Positions 30,980 to 41,961 of a stretch of 64,000 bases of DNA are shown here, in pieces. The notes under the pieces are model-generated. The model was not told where the DNA came from and ran no database searches. It saw nothing but the letters and a program-made list of their open reading frames with translations. Position 1 is the first letter of the stretch, and each line of letters begins with the position of its first letter. The DNA is taken from NCBI RefSeq assembly GCF_049969415.1, contig NZ_JBMFOX010000003.1:1-64000 (forward strand). Direction: 5' to 3'. The translations under genes and the position numbers were made by a program. Source of the stretch: Candidatus Hadarchaeum sp. Lineage in GTDB: Archaea; Hadarchaeota; Hadarchaeia; Hadarchaeales; Hadarchaeaceae.

Positions 30980-31771
30980 ATGTTGACTTTTATCGGGCTC
31001 GGGCTTGGGGCCGATGGGATTTCGCTGCAGGGGCTCAGGGCGGCCCAGGAGGCCGACGTCGTTTATGCTGAGCTGTACACCAGCCTGCTGCCCGGCCTGG
31101 TCCTAGCCCAGCTGGAGAAAAGGATCGGAAAGCGGGTCCGTGTGGTCAGCCGCAGAGATGTAGAGGAGGACCCCGGAGAAATTCTGGATCATGCCCGGTG
31201 GAAAAAGGTAGCTTTCTTGGTCCCCGGAGACCCGATGATCGCGACCACGCACGTCGACCTGCGCCTCCGCGCCGCCAAGGCCGGAATCGGGACCAAGATC
31301 GTGCACGCGGCCTCGATAGCCTCCGCGGCCGCCGGGTTGCTCGGCCTGCAGAGCTACAAGTTCGGGCCTTCGGCAACGGTTCCCTTTCCCGACAATCCTT
31401 CAACCCGACCCTACGAGGTCCTGGCAGAAAACCTGAAGCACGGCTGGCACACGATGCTGTTCCTTGATCTCCGGGACAAGGAGAGGGCCATGACCGCCCC
31501 GGAGGCGATCCGGTTGCTGTTAGGGCTGGAGGAGCGGCTAAGGGGAGGCTTTTTCACCCCCGATCTCCTCTTGGCCGTGGTGGCCCGGGCGGGGGCCGAC
31601 GATTGTTTGGTCCGTGCCGATCAGGTGGAGAGGCTGCAACGCGAGGATTTCGGCCCGCCGCCCCACCTGCTGGTGGCTCCCGGCCGGCTGCATTTTGTTG
31701 AGGCCGAGGCGTTGCAGGTGTTTGCGGGAGCGCCGAAGGAGGTGCTGGTATGGCATATGACACGGCGATAA
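30980..31771 (+). CDS. dph5: Diphthine synthase
   Basis: MLTFIGLGL, AELYTS, GDPMIATTH, GLQSYKFG, HTMLFLD. Confidence 0.95.
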   Translation: MLTFIGLGLGADGISLQGLRAAQEADVVYAELYTSLLPGLVLAQLEKRIGKRVRVVSRRDVEEDPGEILDHARWKKVAFLVPGDPMIATTHVDLRLRAAKAGIGTKIVHAASIASAAAGLLGLQSYKFGPSATVPFPDNPSTRPYEVLAENLKHGWHTMLFLDLRDKERAMTAPEAIRLLLGLEERLRGGFFTPDLLLAVVARAGADDCLVRADQVERLQREDFGPPPHLLVAPGRLHFVEAEALQVFAGAPKEVLVWHMTRR

Positions 31772-32442
31772 CTCCCGAGGAGATGAGGGCCATCGAGGCT
31801 CGTGCTGAACGACTGGGGGTCACCCGGCTGCAGCTGATGGAAAACGCGGGCAAGGGGGTGGCCGATTTCATCGCCCGGATGGATCCAGCGGGGATGAAGG
31901 TGGTGGTCGTGGCGGGCACGGGGAACAACGGCGGCGATGGCTTCGTCGTCGCCAGGCACATGGCCGCCTACGAGTCGTTGGTCAAGGTCTTCCTCCTGGG
32001 CCGGGATGAGGAGGTTAAGACCGCCGAGGCCGCGCACAACCTGAGGATACTGAGACAGATGAGGGGGAGCGTGGAGCTGGTTACCCTTGCCGGCGCCGAT
32101 TTCATGGAAAGGCTCGGGAAGGCGCTCGCCGAGGCCGACGTCATCGTCGACGCCATCTTCGGCACCGGGATCAAGGGACAGCTCCGGGAGCCCCACGCCT
32201 CGGTGATTGACATGATTAACCGCAGCCGGGCCTACCGGCTCGCGGTCGATGTTCCCTCAGGGCTGGACCCTCTCACCGGTGAGGTCTGCGGCCGGGCGGT
32301 GCGGGCCAACGCCACCCTCACCTTCCACCGGCCGAAGAAGGGGCTGCTGCTCCGCGGGGACCTCGTCGGGGAGCTGCTGGTGGTGAACATTGGGATACCT
32401 CCCGAGGCCGATGTGGGTGGTGGGGATGAAGCTGGAAGATGA
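31750..32442 (+). CDS. nnrE: NAD(P)H-hydrate epimerase (YjeF N-terminal domain)
   Basis: LMENAG, GTGNNGGDG, DAIFGTG, VDVPSG. Confidence 0.92.
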   Translation: MAYDTAITPEEMRAIEARAERLGVTRLQLMENAGKGVADFIARMDPAGMKVVVVAGTGNNGGDGFVVARHMAAYESLVKVFLLGRDEEVKTAEAAHNLRILRQMRGSVELVTLAGADFMERLGKALAEADVIVDAIFGTGIKGQLREPHASVIDMINRSRAYRLAVDVPSGLDPLTGEVCGRAVRANATLTFHRPKKGLLLRGDLVGELLVVNIGIPPEADVGGGDEAGR

Positions 32443-32671
32443 GCTCCGGGCGGAGATCGAGAAGTGGACGCGGCGGCTGGATGAGTCCCTCGCCGGCGTT
32501 CAGCCCTCGGGGGAGCATGGCGCTAGGATGCTGGAGAACATCCGGGCCTACCGCGCTGACTCGGGACATTTCTATCAACGTGGGGACCTGATCCGGAGCT
32601 TCGAATGCCTGGTCTGGGCTTGGGCGATTCTGGAGGTCGGGAAGGAGCTGGGACACCTAACGGGGCCGTAA
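32426..32671 (+). CDS. DUF357 family protein
   Basis: NIRAYRADSGHFYQRGDLIRSFECLVWAWAILE; usually found near dph5. Confidence 0.82.
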   Translation: MKLEDELRAEIEKWTRRLDESLAGVQPSGEHGARMLENIRAYRADSGHFYQRGDLIRSFECLVWAWAILEVGKELGHLTGP

Positions 32672-32737
32672 CTCTGGAAATCCTGGCCGCGGCCGGCGAT
32701 ATCTTAAAAGCCAAGAAATTGATTTTGGTCCAAAGAG

Positions 32738-33517
32738 GTGTGCCTAATGCTGGAGCTGATCCTGTTTTCTTCCGGTCTGCTGATCGCCACCCTGTTCTCC
32801 ATGATCGGGCTGGCGGGCGGCTCCTTCATCGTCCCCATGATGGTTCTCGCCTTTGGCCTGCCCACGCAGCAGGCGGTCGGTGTCAGCCTCTTTGCCGTGA
32901 TGTTCACCACCATCTCCGCGACGCTGGCCTACGCGGTCCAACGAAAGATCCATTTCAAGGTCGGGCTGCTGCTCGACACCTTGGATGTTCCCGGCGCCTT
33001 CCTCGGGGCCTATCTCACCACGCTGGTCGCCTCGAACTGGCTGGCCGGGATGTTCGGTGGGCTGCTGATCTTCCTCGCCGCCCGGATGTTTCAGAGGAGG
33101 AATTCGGTTAGGGAGATTGAAACCACGGAATCACTGCGGCTGAGCCGGCGCGTGGTCGCCGCCACCGTTCTGGGCAGCCTCGCCAGCGGAATCGTCTCGG
33201 GAATGTTCGGGGTCGGCGGCGGCGTCATCGATGAGCTGGTCATGATCCTGATGCTGGGCATGAGCATCCGGCTTTCCGCGGGCACGGCGATGTTCGGCAT
33301 GGCCATCACCACGGTGGCCGCGCTTGTTCCCCACTGGCTGCTGGGCAACGTCCTGCTGGAGTATGCGGTGCCGCTGACGATCGGTTGCGTCATCGGCGGT
33401 CAGATCGGGCCCTACCTCTCCAAGCGGACTTCAGCGGCCATACTGAGGAGGATCCTGGCGGCGGTCTTCGTCGTCATCGGGGTCAGGATGCTGCTGGTGT
33501 CGTTTCTGGGCGGTTGA
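32738..33517 (+). CDS. TauE/SafE family exporter
   Basis: GLAGGSFIVP and GMFGVGGG repeats; about 8 transmembrane segments. Confidence 0.9.
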   Translation: MCLMLELILFSSGLLIATLFSMIGLAGGSFIVPMMVLAFGLPTQQAVGVSLFAVMFTTISATLAYAVQRKIHFKVGLLLDTLDVPGAFLGAYLTTLVASNWLAGMFGGLLIFLAARMFQRRNSVREIETTESLRLSRRVVAATVLGSLASGIVSGMFGVGGGVIDELVMILMLGMSIRLSAGTAMFGMAITTVAALVPHWLLGNVLLEYAVPLTIGCVIGGQIGPYLSKRTSAAILRRILAAVFVVIGVRMLLVSFLGG

Positions 33518-33571
33518 ACCTAGTTTTCGGCGTGAACATTTTTAATCTGAAAAACGAGTTTATTCGGTTGC

Positions 33572-34348
33572 ATGCGGCTGCTGCTCCGGCTGAAGTCGGT
33601 TAAGGATCAGTTCTATGACCTGAGGTACCACCACAAGCTCCAGGGGTTCATCTACAGCCTGCTTGATGGGTCGCCCTACGTCAGGCTGCATGATAAAAGG
33701 GGATACAAGTTCTTCTGCTTCTCGAACATCTTTCCTGAAAGGGGCGAGAAAAATGATCCAGCCCAGGACATGTCGGCAGGCGAGGTCAGGCAGCTTTTGA
33801 TCTCTTCGCCGGAGGTTGGGCTGATCGGGTTTTTGAATGACAGATTGGTTAAGATTGTGGATGAAAGAGCTGAGGTCAACATCGGGGACATGTCCTTTAG
33901 GGTCGAGTCGGTTAACGCCCTTGAGCCTAGACTGGGCAGGTCATGCAGGCTGGTCACCGGGACGCCGATCGTGCTCCGCATACCAAAGGAGAGGTTTGAG
34001 AGCTACGGCATCGTTCCGCCTAGGGATTACGATTACGTTTACTGGAGAAAGGAATGGCCCTTTGAACCCTTCGTAAAGCAGCTGGAGGAAAACCTGTTTA
34101 AGAAATATCGCGAGTTTTACGGCGGGGCGGCCGAGGAGTTCCCCATCTTTGAGCAGTTCGTGTTCAAGAAGACGGTCTGCAATCACGTCGTAATGGGGGG
34201 GAAGGAGGTCAAGATGCTCGGTTCCATCTGGGAGTTCCACTTCAGCTATTTGGAGGGCAAAAAGCGGGAGTTGATTCAGTTTGGTCTGGATGCCGGGTTC
34301 GGAGAGCTGAACTCAATGGGGTTCGGGTTTATGAACGTGGTGAGGTGA
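33572..34348 (+). CDS. cas6: CRISPR-associated endoribonuclease Cas6
   Basis: HDKRGYKFFCFSNIF, ISSP, C-terminal G-rich loop GFGELNSMGFG. Confidence 0.93.
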   Translation: MRLLLRLKSVKDQFYDLRYHHKLQGFIYSLLDGSPYVRLHDKRGYKFFCFSNIFPERGEKNDPAQDMSAGEVRQLLISSPEVGLIGFLNDRLVKIVDERAEVNIGDMSFRVESVNALEPRLGRSCRLVTGTPIVLRIPKERFESYGIVPPRDYDYVYWRKEWPFEPFVKQLEENLFKKYREFYGGAAEEFPIFEQFVFKKTVCNHVVMGGKEVKMLGSIWEFHFSYLEGKKRELIQFGLDAGFGELNSMGFGFMNVVR

Positions 34349-34415
34349 AAAGGGTTGGTTCGGGTCAGATGGTGAAAGCTTATTTTTACAGCGACAGAAT
34401 GTTGGGCGGGAGAAG

Positions 34416-34823
34416 ATGGGTGAAAAAGAGGAGATAATCAAGAAAATCGTGGAGACTCTGTGGGGTTTTAAAGAGGTTGAGCTGGCTTACGTGTTCGGCT
34501 CCTTTTACGCCGGGAGAGAGTTTGAGGACATAGACATCGCGATATTGTTATCGAAGCCACCCTCGGCGTACGAGTCCGAGAGGTTTGCCATGAAGGTCGC
34601 GGGGGCGCTTGAAACTGCGCTGGGGCACAAATTTGAGTTCGACGTGAAGGTTCTCAATTTCTCCCCGATCTACTTCCAGCATGAGGTCATCAGGGACGGC
34701 AAACTGCTCTTTTGCAGGGATGAAACCAAACGGGTCGAGTATGAGGCCGGGGTTCTGTCCGAGTACCTGGACTATCGGGAGGTCCTGGACTGGTTTGATG
34801 AAAAATTGCTCGCGAGGGCTTGA
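34416..34823 (+). CDS. Minimal nucleotidyltransferase (MntA-type antitoxin)
   Basis: AYVFGS...EDIDIAI; FDVKVLN; EVIRDG. Confidence 0.9.
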   Translation: MGEKEEIIKKIVETLWGFKEVELAYVFGSFYAGREFEDIDIAILLSKPPSAYESERFAMKVAGALETALGHKFEFDVKVLNFSPIYFQHEVIRDGKLLFCRDETKRVEYEAGVLSEYLDYREVLDWFDEKLLARA

Positions 34824-34824
34824 G

Positions 34825-35253
34825 ATGTTCGACAAAAGGGGGATAATTGATCACATAAGGGAACTCGAGCAGGCGATGGAGGACTGGCGGAGGTACCGGA
34901 GCATCCCGCTCGAGGAGTTGCGGCGGGATAGGGACAAGCGGAACATGGTCCTGCACGCCCTGCTGGTCGGCATCCAGGCAACGATCGACATAGCGAACCA
35001 CCTGATAGCCGAGCGTAGCCTGAAAAGGCCATCGACCTACCGGGAGAGCTTTCAGATACTCTCGGAGACGGGCTTGATCCCATCCGGGCTCTCCGATGGG
35101 CTGTCGGAACTGGCCGGTTTCAGAAATGTGCTGGTCCACCTCTACTGGGGGCTCGATATCGAAAAGGTTTACGGGGTATTGGTGTCCGGGCTGAAGGTCG
35201 TGGAGGAGTTTGGAAAACTTGTGAAAAAAATGATATCCTCAGGGGGTCCTTAG
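34825..35253 (+). CDS. DUF86/HEPN RNase toxin (HepT type)
   Basis: PSTYRESF and FRNVLVHLY (Rx4H motif). Confidence 0.9.
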   Translation: MFDKRGIIDHIRELEQAMEDWRRYRSIPLEELRRDRDKRNMVLHALLVGIQATIDIANHLIAERSLKRPSTYRESFQILSETGLIPSGLSDGLSELAGFRNVLVHLYWGLDIEKVYGVLVSGLKVVEEFGKLVKKMISSGGP

Positions 35254-35277
35254 AGGTGTTGGCCTTTACTTGCTGGG

Positions 35278-35630
35278 TTGAGGGCCAGAGGGCGGACGCT
35301 GAAAACGCGCAACTACCCTATCGTTCCGGACAGAAAGTCGATGATCGGGCTGGACCTCAAGGGGATTTACGACGAGATGGGCAGGCGCACCTTCGGTAGA
35401 TGGATGTCGTTCAAGGGGATGAATATCCACATGGTCTCAGCTGAGGCGGCGTTCCACACATCGCTGAAGTGATTGCAGTTAAGATGAATATCCACATGGT
35501 CTCAGCTGAGGGCACCATCGCCAGCAAGGTGGTGTTCGGCAGCGAGCAGGACCTAAAGGACGCCGAGGTGAAAGATTGTAGGGGGCATCACCAGATTGGA
35601 ACCTTCCCCCTTTTCATACGCGCTTTTTAG
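35278..35630 (+). pseudogene. Fragment resembling a DUF6036/AbiEii-like nucleotidyltransferase C-terminus, interrupted by the repeat-spacer unit
   Basis: Deleting one 65-nt period restores LDLKGIYDEMGRRTFGRWMSFKGMNIHMVSAEGTIASKVVFGSEQDLKDAE; family call is from motif recall. Confidence 0.5.
35418..35511. CRISPR. Minimal CRISPR-like unit: two identical 29-nt repeats and a 36-nt spacer
   Basis: GATGAATATCCACATGGTCTCAGCTGAGG at 35418-35446 and 35483-35511; internal palindrome CTCAGCTGAG; about 1.1 kb from cas6. Confidence 0.6.
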
Positions 35631-36347
35631 GGGTCCGCTGAAAAGTTTTGAGGACTAGCTGAATCAAGTCGTTGTTCTTGGAAAAAGGGCGGAGATGCCG
35701 GCTCCGTCCTCGGGAGGGAAGCCAGAGAAGGCAGCGAAAGCGACGTTTTGGTGGAGATCGAAAGCAATATGAGTTTGCTCGATTTCGTGGTGGCTCAAGC
35801 CGGAGATAGAAGTTTGGGAGAGAAAAATCGATTTGGTTGAATATGGCATGATTAAGCCCCTTCATAGAGTGAGGATCAAAGAGCAAGCGGCAACCTGCGA
35901 AGAGGGTTGTGAAGGTATACTCCGCAATATCTTAGAAAACATCTTAAAAAATAGAAGAATGCATCAAGGCGGTTTCCAAAATAGGGGACTCGTTTATACT
36001 TTGGTTTTAAATTGGAGAGAACTTTGAAAATAGTTAAAGATTACATTCCGGATTTGGAAGGTAAAATGAAGATGTAAGAAGTTCTCCCAAAAGGAGTCCC
36101 GTAGATACGGCTTTTACGGGAGAAAAGGAAGGCGCTCGGATAAATCCAAGGTGAGTTGGTGCAACTTTCTAATTACAATGACAAACAATGCCTCTGGAGA
36201 GCGGCCCTGTGTCAGCGGACTAATAGTCCATCTCAATTTTTACAAATTCGAAAAAATGGTAACAACCACCCCTCCGGTCAGCTGAGAGCGAGATGACGTT
36301 AAGGAGGAAAAACAGGGCGATTTTAAGATTCCTTGGCGGGGCGGCTG

Positions 36348-37709
36348 TCAGCGCTTGCTGAGGCTCTTTAGAACACCAACGATTTTCCCTGCCTCTTCCA
36401 CCAGTCTGTCTGCGGTTCTCCTCTCCATCGGCGTGGAGATGCAGAACATCCCCCGCGGCGAGATGAAGATGCCCTCGTTGAGCAGGGAGAAGAAGAAGAC
36501 CCGCGCCGCGATCTCGTCAGCGGCCATCGCGCTCCGATAATCGACGACCTCCCCCCTGGTGAAGTGGACATGGCGCAGTGAACCGGCCCCCGTCACCCGT
36601 GCAGCGACATCGGCCTCGGCAAAAATCTTCTTCAGCTCCTGGGCCAAGTATTCCCCCATCCGGTTGATCCTGTCGATGGCCGTGGCGTTCAGTAGCTTCA
36701 GCGTCGCCATGCCCGCCACCATCGCCAGCGCGTTCCCGTTGAAGGTCCCGGCGTGGTGGATGAACTCCCGCCGCTCGGGCGAGAAGAGCTCCATGACTTC
36801 CTCGCGGCCGCCGAAGGCCCCGGCGGGAAGGTCGCCCCCGATTATCTTTCCGAAGGTGGTGACGTCAGAGGTCACGCCGAAGAATTCCTGCGCCCCGCCC
36901 ACGGCCAGCCGCGCCGTCATCACCTCGTCGAAGATCAGCAGGACATCGTTTGCCTCGGTGATCTCCCGCAGGAATTGCAGGTAGCCCGGCCTCGGCGGTA
37001 TCTGCCCAGCGATGCCCAGCATCGGCTCGACGATGACGGCCGCCAGCTCCCTCCGGTTTTGTCTGATGATCCTCTCCGCGGCTTCAGCGTTGTTGAACGG
37101 GGCCACGAGGACCTCCCGGGCGACGCCCTTCGGTATTCCGGGACTGTCGGGCAGGCTCAGCGGGCTCTCGGCCTCTCCGGCAAGCTCCGGGCGCGGTCGG
37201 GCGCTGATCTCGACCTCCGGATAGCTGCCGTGATAGCCCCCTTCCATCTTCAGGATCTTGTCCCTGCCCGTGTAGGCTCGGGCGGCCCGGATGGCCATCA
37301 TGTTGGCCTCGGTGCCCGAGTTGCAGAACCTGATCCTTTCCACAGACCTGAACCTCCGGCAGATGATTTCGGCGAGGCGGTGCTGGGATTCGATGGCGGC
37401 GGCGCAGGTCCAGCCCCTCTCCAGCTGCTCCTTGATCGCCGCGACGATCCGGGGGTGGGCGTGGCCGTGAACTGAGGAGGTATAGTTGTTGACGAAATCG
37501 AGGTACCGGTTGCCGTCGACATCGTAGATCCAGCAGCCGCGGCCCCGCGCCATGACAAAGGGATAGGGACTGAAGTAGACCACGCTGCGCGTGTTCCCCC
37601 CGGGCAGAAATTTCCTCGCCCGTGCATGGATTCTCCTAGAGGCGGGCGTCCTGCGCCGGTACTCCTGCAGGCAGGCTTTCAGCGGGTCAACCCCAGGCAT
37701 AAACTCCAC
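36348..37709 (-). CDS. Class III aminotransferase (glutamate-1-semialdehyde aminomutase-like)
   Basis: FCNSGTEA, GGYHG, IFDEVMT, TFGKIIGG, GTFNGN. Confidence 0.88.
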   Translation of the reverse strand: MEFMPGVDPLKACLQEYRRRTPASRRIHARARKFLPGGNTRSVVYFSPYPFVMARGRGCWIYDVDGNRYLDFVNNYTSSVHGHAHPRIVAAIKEQLERGWTCAAAIESQHRLAEIICRRFRSVERIRFCNSGTEANMMAIRAARAYTGRDKILKMEGGYHGSYPEVEISARPRPELAGEAESPLSLPDSPGIPKGVAREVLVAPFNNAEAAERIIRQNRRELAAVIVEPMLGIAGQIPPRPGYLQFLREITEANDVLLIFDEVMTARLAVGGAQEFFGVTSDVTTFGKIIGGDLPAGAFGGREEVMELFSPERREFIHHAGTFNGNALAMVAGMATLKLLNATAIDRINRMGEYLAQELKKIFAEADVAARVTGAGSLRHVHFTRGEVVDYRSAMAADEIAARVFFFSLLNEGIFISPRGMFCISTPMERRTADRLVEEAGKIVGVLKSLSKR

Positions 37710-37761
37710 TAATTCATCCCAGCTATAAATCCCTGTAAGTTAATTCAAAGCCGACTGAAAT

Positions 37762-38928
37762 TTACCCTTGTTTTTTCACCGAGGCTCGCACCACCGCCGC
37801 GACCCTCCGGGCGATTTTCTTGTCCACCGCCCGGGGCAGGATGTGGTCCACGTCCAGCTCCCCTTTCTTGACTAGCCCGGCGATCGCCCCGGCGGCCGCC
37901 ACCTTCATCTCGTCGGTCACCTTTTTGGCCCGTGAGTCGAGCAGCCCCCGGAAGAAGCCCGGGAAGACGAGGAGGTTGTTGGCCTGGTTGGGGAACTGCG
38001 AGCTGCCCGTGGCGACCACGCGGGCGCCGGCCTTCCGGGCCGCGTCGGGGAGGATCTCGGGATCAGGATTGGTTAGGGCAAAGACGATCGGATCCTCGGC
38101 CATGCTTTTGATCATCTCGGCACTGAGCAGGTTGGGAACTCCCGAGACGCCGATGAAGACGTCGGCGCCCCGCAGGGCCTCGCCCAGCCCGCCCGCGATG
38201 TTGTCCGGGTTGGTGATCTGGGCCAGCGCCTCCTTGAACCGGTTCATTCCCTCCTTTCTGCCCCGGTGGATGATGCCGCGGGAATCCACGACCAGGATCT
38301 TCCTCGCCCCCACCCGATGCAGAATTCTGGCGATCTCATAGCCCGCCGACCCGGCACCGGCAATGGTGATGCTCACCTCATCGAGTCTCTTGTCCACCAC
38401 CTTGAGCGCATTGAGCAGTCCGGCGAGGGCGACCACTGCGGTACCGTCGCCGTCGTCGTGGAAGACCGGGATGTCCAGCTCGTTGATCAGCCTTTCCTTG
38501 ATCTCGAGCACCTTCGGCGTCTCGATGTCCTCAAGGTTGATGCCGCCGAAGCTGGGTGAGACCGCCTTTACAATGGCGATGATCTCCTCGGCGTCCTGGG
38601 TGGAGAGGCAGAGCGGCACCGCGTCCACGTCCCCGAAGGCCTTGAAGAGCGCCGCCTTTCCCTCCATCACCGGCAGGGCCGCCGCGGCACCGATGTTGCC
38701 CAAGCCCAGCACCCGGCTGCCGTCGGTGACCACGGCAATGGTGTTCCACTTGGAGGTATAGTCAAAGACGCTCTCCGGGTTTCTGGCGATTTCCCGGCTC
38801 ACCTCGGCGACCCCGGGGGTGTAGGCTAGGACGAGGTCCCTCTGGTTCCTCAGCGGCACCTTGACCGCGGTCGCAATTTTGCCCCGAAACCTTCGGTGCA
38901 GGGCCAGGGCGTCATCCTTCAGGCTCAT
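37762..38928 (-). CDS. NAD(P)-dependent malic enzyme
   Basis: AYTPGVA, GLGNIG, INLEDI, FHDD, GAGSAG. Confidence 0.93.
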   Translation of the reverse strand: MSLKDDALALHRRFRGKIATAVKVPLRNQRDLVLAYTPGVAEVSREIARNPESVFDYTSKWNTIAVVTDGSRVLGLGNIGAAAALPVMEGKAALFKAFGDVDAVPLCLSTQDAEEIIAIVKAVSPSFGGINLEDIETPKVLEIKERLINELDIPVFHDDGDGTAVVALAGLLNALKVVDKRLDEVSITIAGAGSAGYEIARILHRVGARKILVVDSRGIIHRGRKEGMNRFKEALAQITNPDNIAGGLGEALRGADVFIGVSGVPNLLSAEMIKSMAEDPIVFALTNPDPEILPDAARKAGARVVATGSSQFPNQANNLLVFPGFFRGLLDSRAKKVTDEMKVAAAGAIAGLVKKGELDVDHILPRAVDKKIARRVAAVVRASVKKQG

Positions 38929-39590
38929 GTTTCATCCTCCTCCCGGGAAATCTCGCGAACATCATTGACGACATCTGTTATGGCACACTCTAGAAGCTTC
39001 TCACCCAAATATCTGTCGATCCTGAGCCCCATCCTCTCCACCTCTCGGGCCTGCTCCTCCGCCCAGGAGTACTTCTCCCGGGCAATTTTCATCCCGATGA
39101 AGGCAACCTCCGGATGTTTGGAGAAATCTGAGTGTTCGGCCAGCTTCGACTCATCGGCAATCCCGATGGCGGCCCCCATGCTGAGCTCTCCGGTGCCCGC
39201 GTGCGGCCCCTCGAGGTCGATGATGGTGTTGTTGAAGTGGAGCCGCATGCCCAGCTCCTCCTCGAGGAGGGGGATCCATTCCCGTAGAACTCCGTTGCCG
39301 CCGTGGCCGTTGACGATGACGACCCGGTCTATGCCCAGCTCCTGCCTGACGTAGAGCAGCGCCCGGCGGAGCTCTTCCTTGACCTGGTCCAGCGTCTGGT
39401 GCTCACCGGTGTCTATCTCCGGGAGCTCGTAGGAGGAGCTGAGCACCCCCAGAAACCTCGCCCCGGTTCGCCGCGCCGCCTCCTCAGCCACGTGGGAGGC
39501 CAGTCGGGCATCTGTGTCAGGAGGCAGGGCCGCCCCGTGCCTCTCCCGGTGCGAGCCCAACGCCAGAATACCAACTTCGCCCAACCTCAC
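38925..39590 (-). CDS. arfB: Creatininase-family FAPy deformylase
   Basis: LGSHRERHGAALPPDTD, NGHGGN, HAGTGELS; in riboflavin operon. Confidence 0.88.
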   Translation of the reverse strand: MRLGEVGILALGSHRERHGAALPPDTDARLASHVAEEAARRTGARFLGVLSSSYELPEIDTGEHQTLDQVKEELRRALLYVRQELGIDRVVIVNGHGGNGVLREWIPLLEEELGMRLHFNNTIIDLEGPHAGTGELSMGAAIGIADESKLAEHSDFSKHPEVAFIGMKIAREKYSWAEEQAREVERMGLRIDRYLGEKLLECAITDVVNDVREISREEDET

Positions 39591-40000
39591 ACCTTCTCCA
39601 GCCGCTTGACCATCTTGACCGCGGCCTCCACGGATCTGCGGGCGTAGTCAGTTACCCGTTCAAAGGCCTGCAGGCGCGTCATCCCCGGACCGGAGATGCC
39701 CAGCGTCACCGGCTTGCCGAATTCGACGGATAGGTCGATGATCTTCCTCGTCGCGTGCTGCATCACTATCTCGTCGTGCTCAGTTTCTCCCTCGATAACC
39801 GCCCCAAGTGTCACCACAGCATCGACGTCGTTTCTCTGGACCAGCTTCTTGACCGCCAGAGGCAGGTCGTAGACTCCGGGGACGATGACCTCGACAACGA
39901 TCTGTGCTCCGAGGAACTCGGCATGCCTCCTGGCGAACTCGATCATCGGCGAGACGATGTCGAAGTTGAACTCCGTGGCCGCTAGACCCAGCTTTACCAA
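39587..40000 (-). CDS. ribH: 6,7-dimethyl-8-ribityllumazine synthase
   Basis: VPGVYDLP, LGAVIEGETEHD, LGISGPG. Confidence 0.95.
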   Translation of the reverse strand: MVKLGLAATEFNFDIVSPMIEFARRHAEFLGAQIVVEVIVPGVYDLPLAVKKLVQRNDVDAVVTLGAVIEGETEHDEIVMQHATRKIIDLSVEFGKPVTLGISGPGMTRLQAFERVTDYARRSVEAAVKMVKRLEKV

Positions 40001-40004
40001 TTTA

Positions 40005-41139
<1,135 letters not shown>

Positions 41140-41143
<4 letters not shown>

Positions 41144-41802
41144 AGGAACACCTCCACCTTGATCTGATCGCCGTCCTTAAGGCCCACGGTCTTCCTCAGG
41201 TTCTCCGGGGCGATTATCTCCAGGATGTCCTTATGATGGCTCCGGTTGGGGATGACCACGGCGCTGTCCACGCCCTTTATCTTGGAGGGAAAGAGCTTCA
41301 CCGGCCCGAAGGTCCTCTCACTGGTGCTGAACCCGGCGACCTGCTTGGAGGGCAGCCGCGTCAGCGTTTCCTTTAGCTCCAGCGAGGACCGGTCGAGCTT
41401 GATGTCCAGCGTCCCCGAGTAGGGCAGAAAACCGAGCTCCCGCTGGAACTGTTTCGAGTAACCCGGGTGGCCCACGTAGTAGCTGCCCTCGCCCACCCCC
41501 GTGACCACCGTCCCTGATAGGACGATTTTGGCCGGCTCCTGGGTGAGAATTCTCCCCAGCTCCTGGTGCAGCGCCCGTAGCGCCGACAAGCCCGCCGAGG
41601 TTATCCGGAGGAACTGCCCCCGGGGCTCCACTCGGCGCGAGATCAGCGATTGTTCTTCGAGCTCGGCCAGCTTTCTTATCGCGGTCTGTTTTGACACACC
41701 CAGCTGGCGGGCCAGCGAGGCGGAGGAGACCCTGATTTCTTCCCTGGTCGCCCCCTCCTTCGCCAGGAGCATCAGCATCTCAATCCAGGTCTTTTCCGGC
41801 AA
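41140..41802 (-). CDS. ribK: CTP-dependent riboflavin kinase with N-terminal HTH (RbkR type)
   Basis: LARQLGVSKQTAIRKL HTH; GVGEGSYY, PYSGTLD, EIIAPENLR; start moved to the TTG after GAGGT. Confidence 0.9.
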
Positions 41803-41961
41803 GTTTACCTCTATCACTGGAGCGCGTGCTTCCTTTTTAAATCTTTCCAAAAAAGGAACGCGTCTAAAATTTGGAACGATATGGCGACGGGTAAATTTTA
41901 CCTGTGTATCCCTGCCAGCAAACTTTAAGAGCCGCTTGAGAAAATGACGTTGGGTGATTGA

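Noticed and set aside
35357-35420. TCAAGGGGAT occurring twice as extra CRISPR repeats
   Set aside because: Only 10 nt, spaced 54 nt rather than 65, and explained by similar codons.
36265-36287. GGTCAGCTGAGA as a degenerate third repeat
   Set aside because: Short partial match about 770 nt away with no periodicity.
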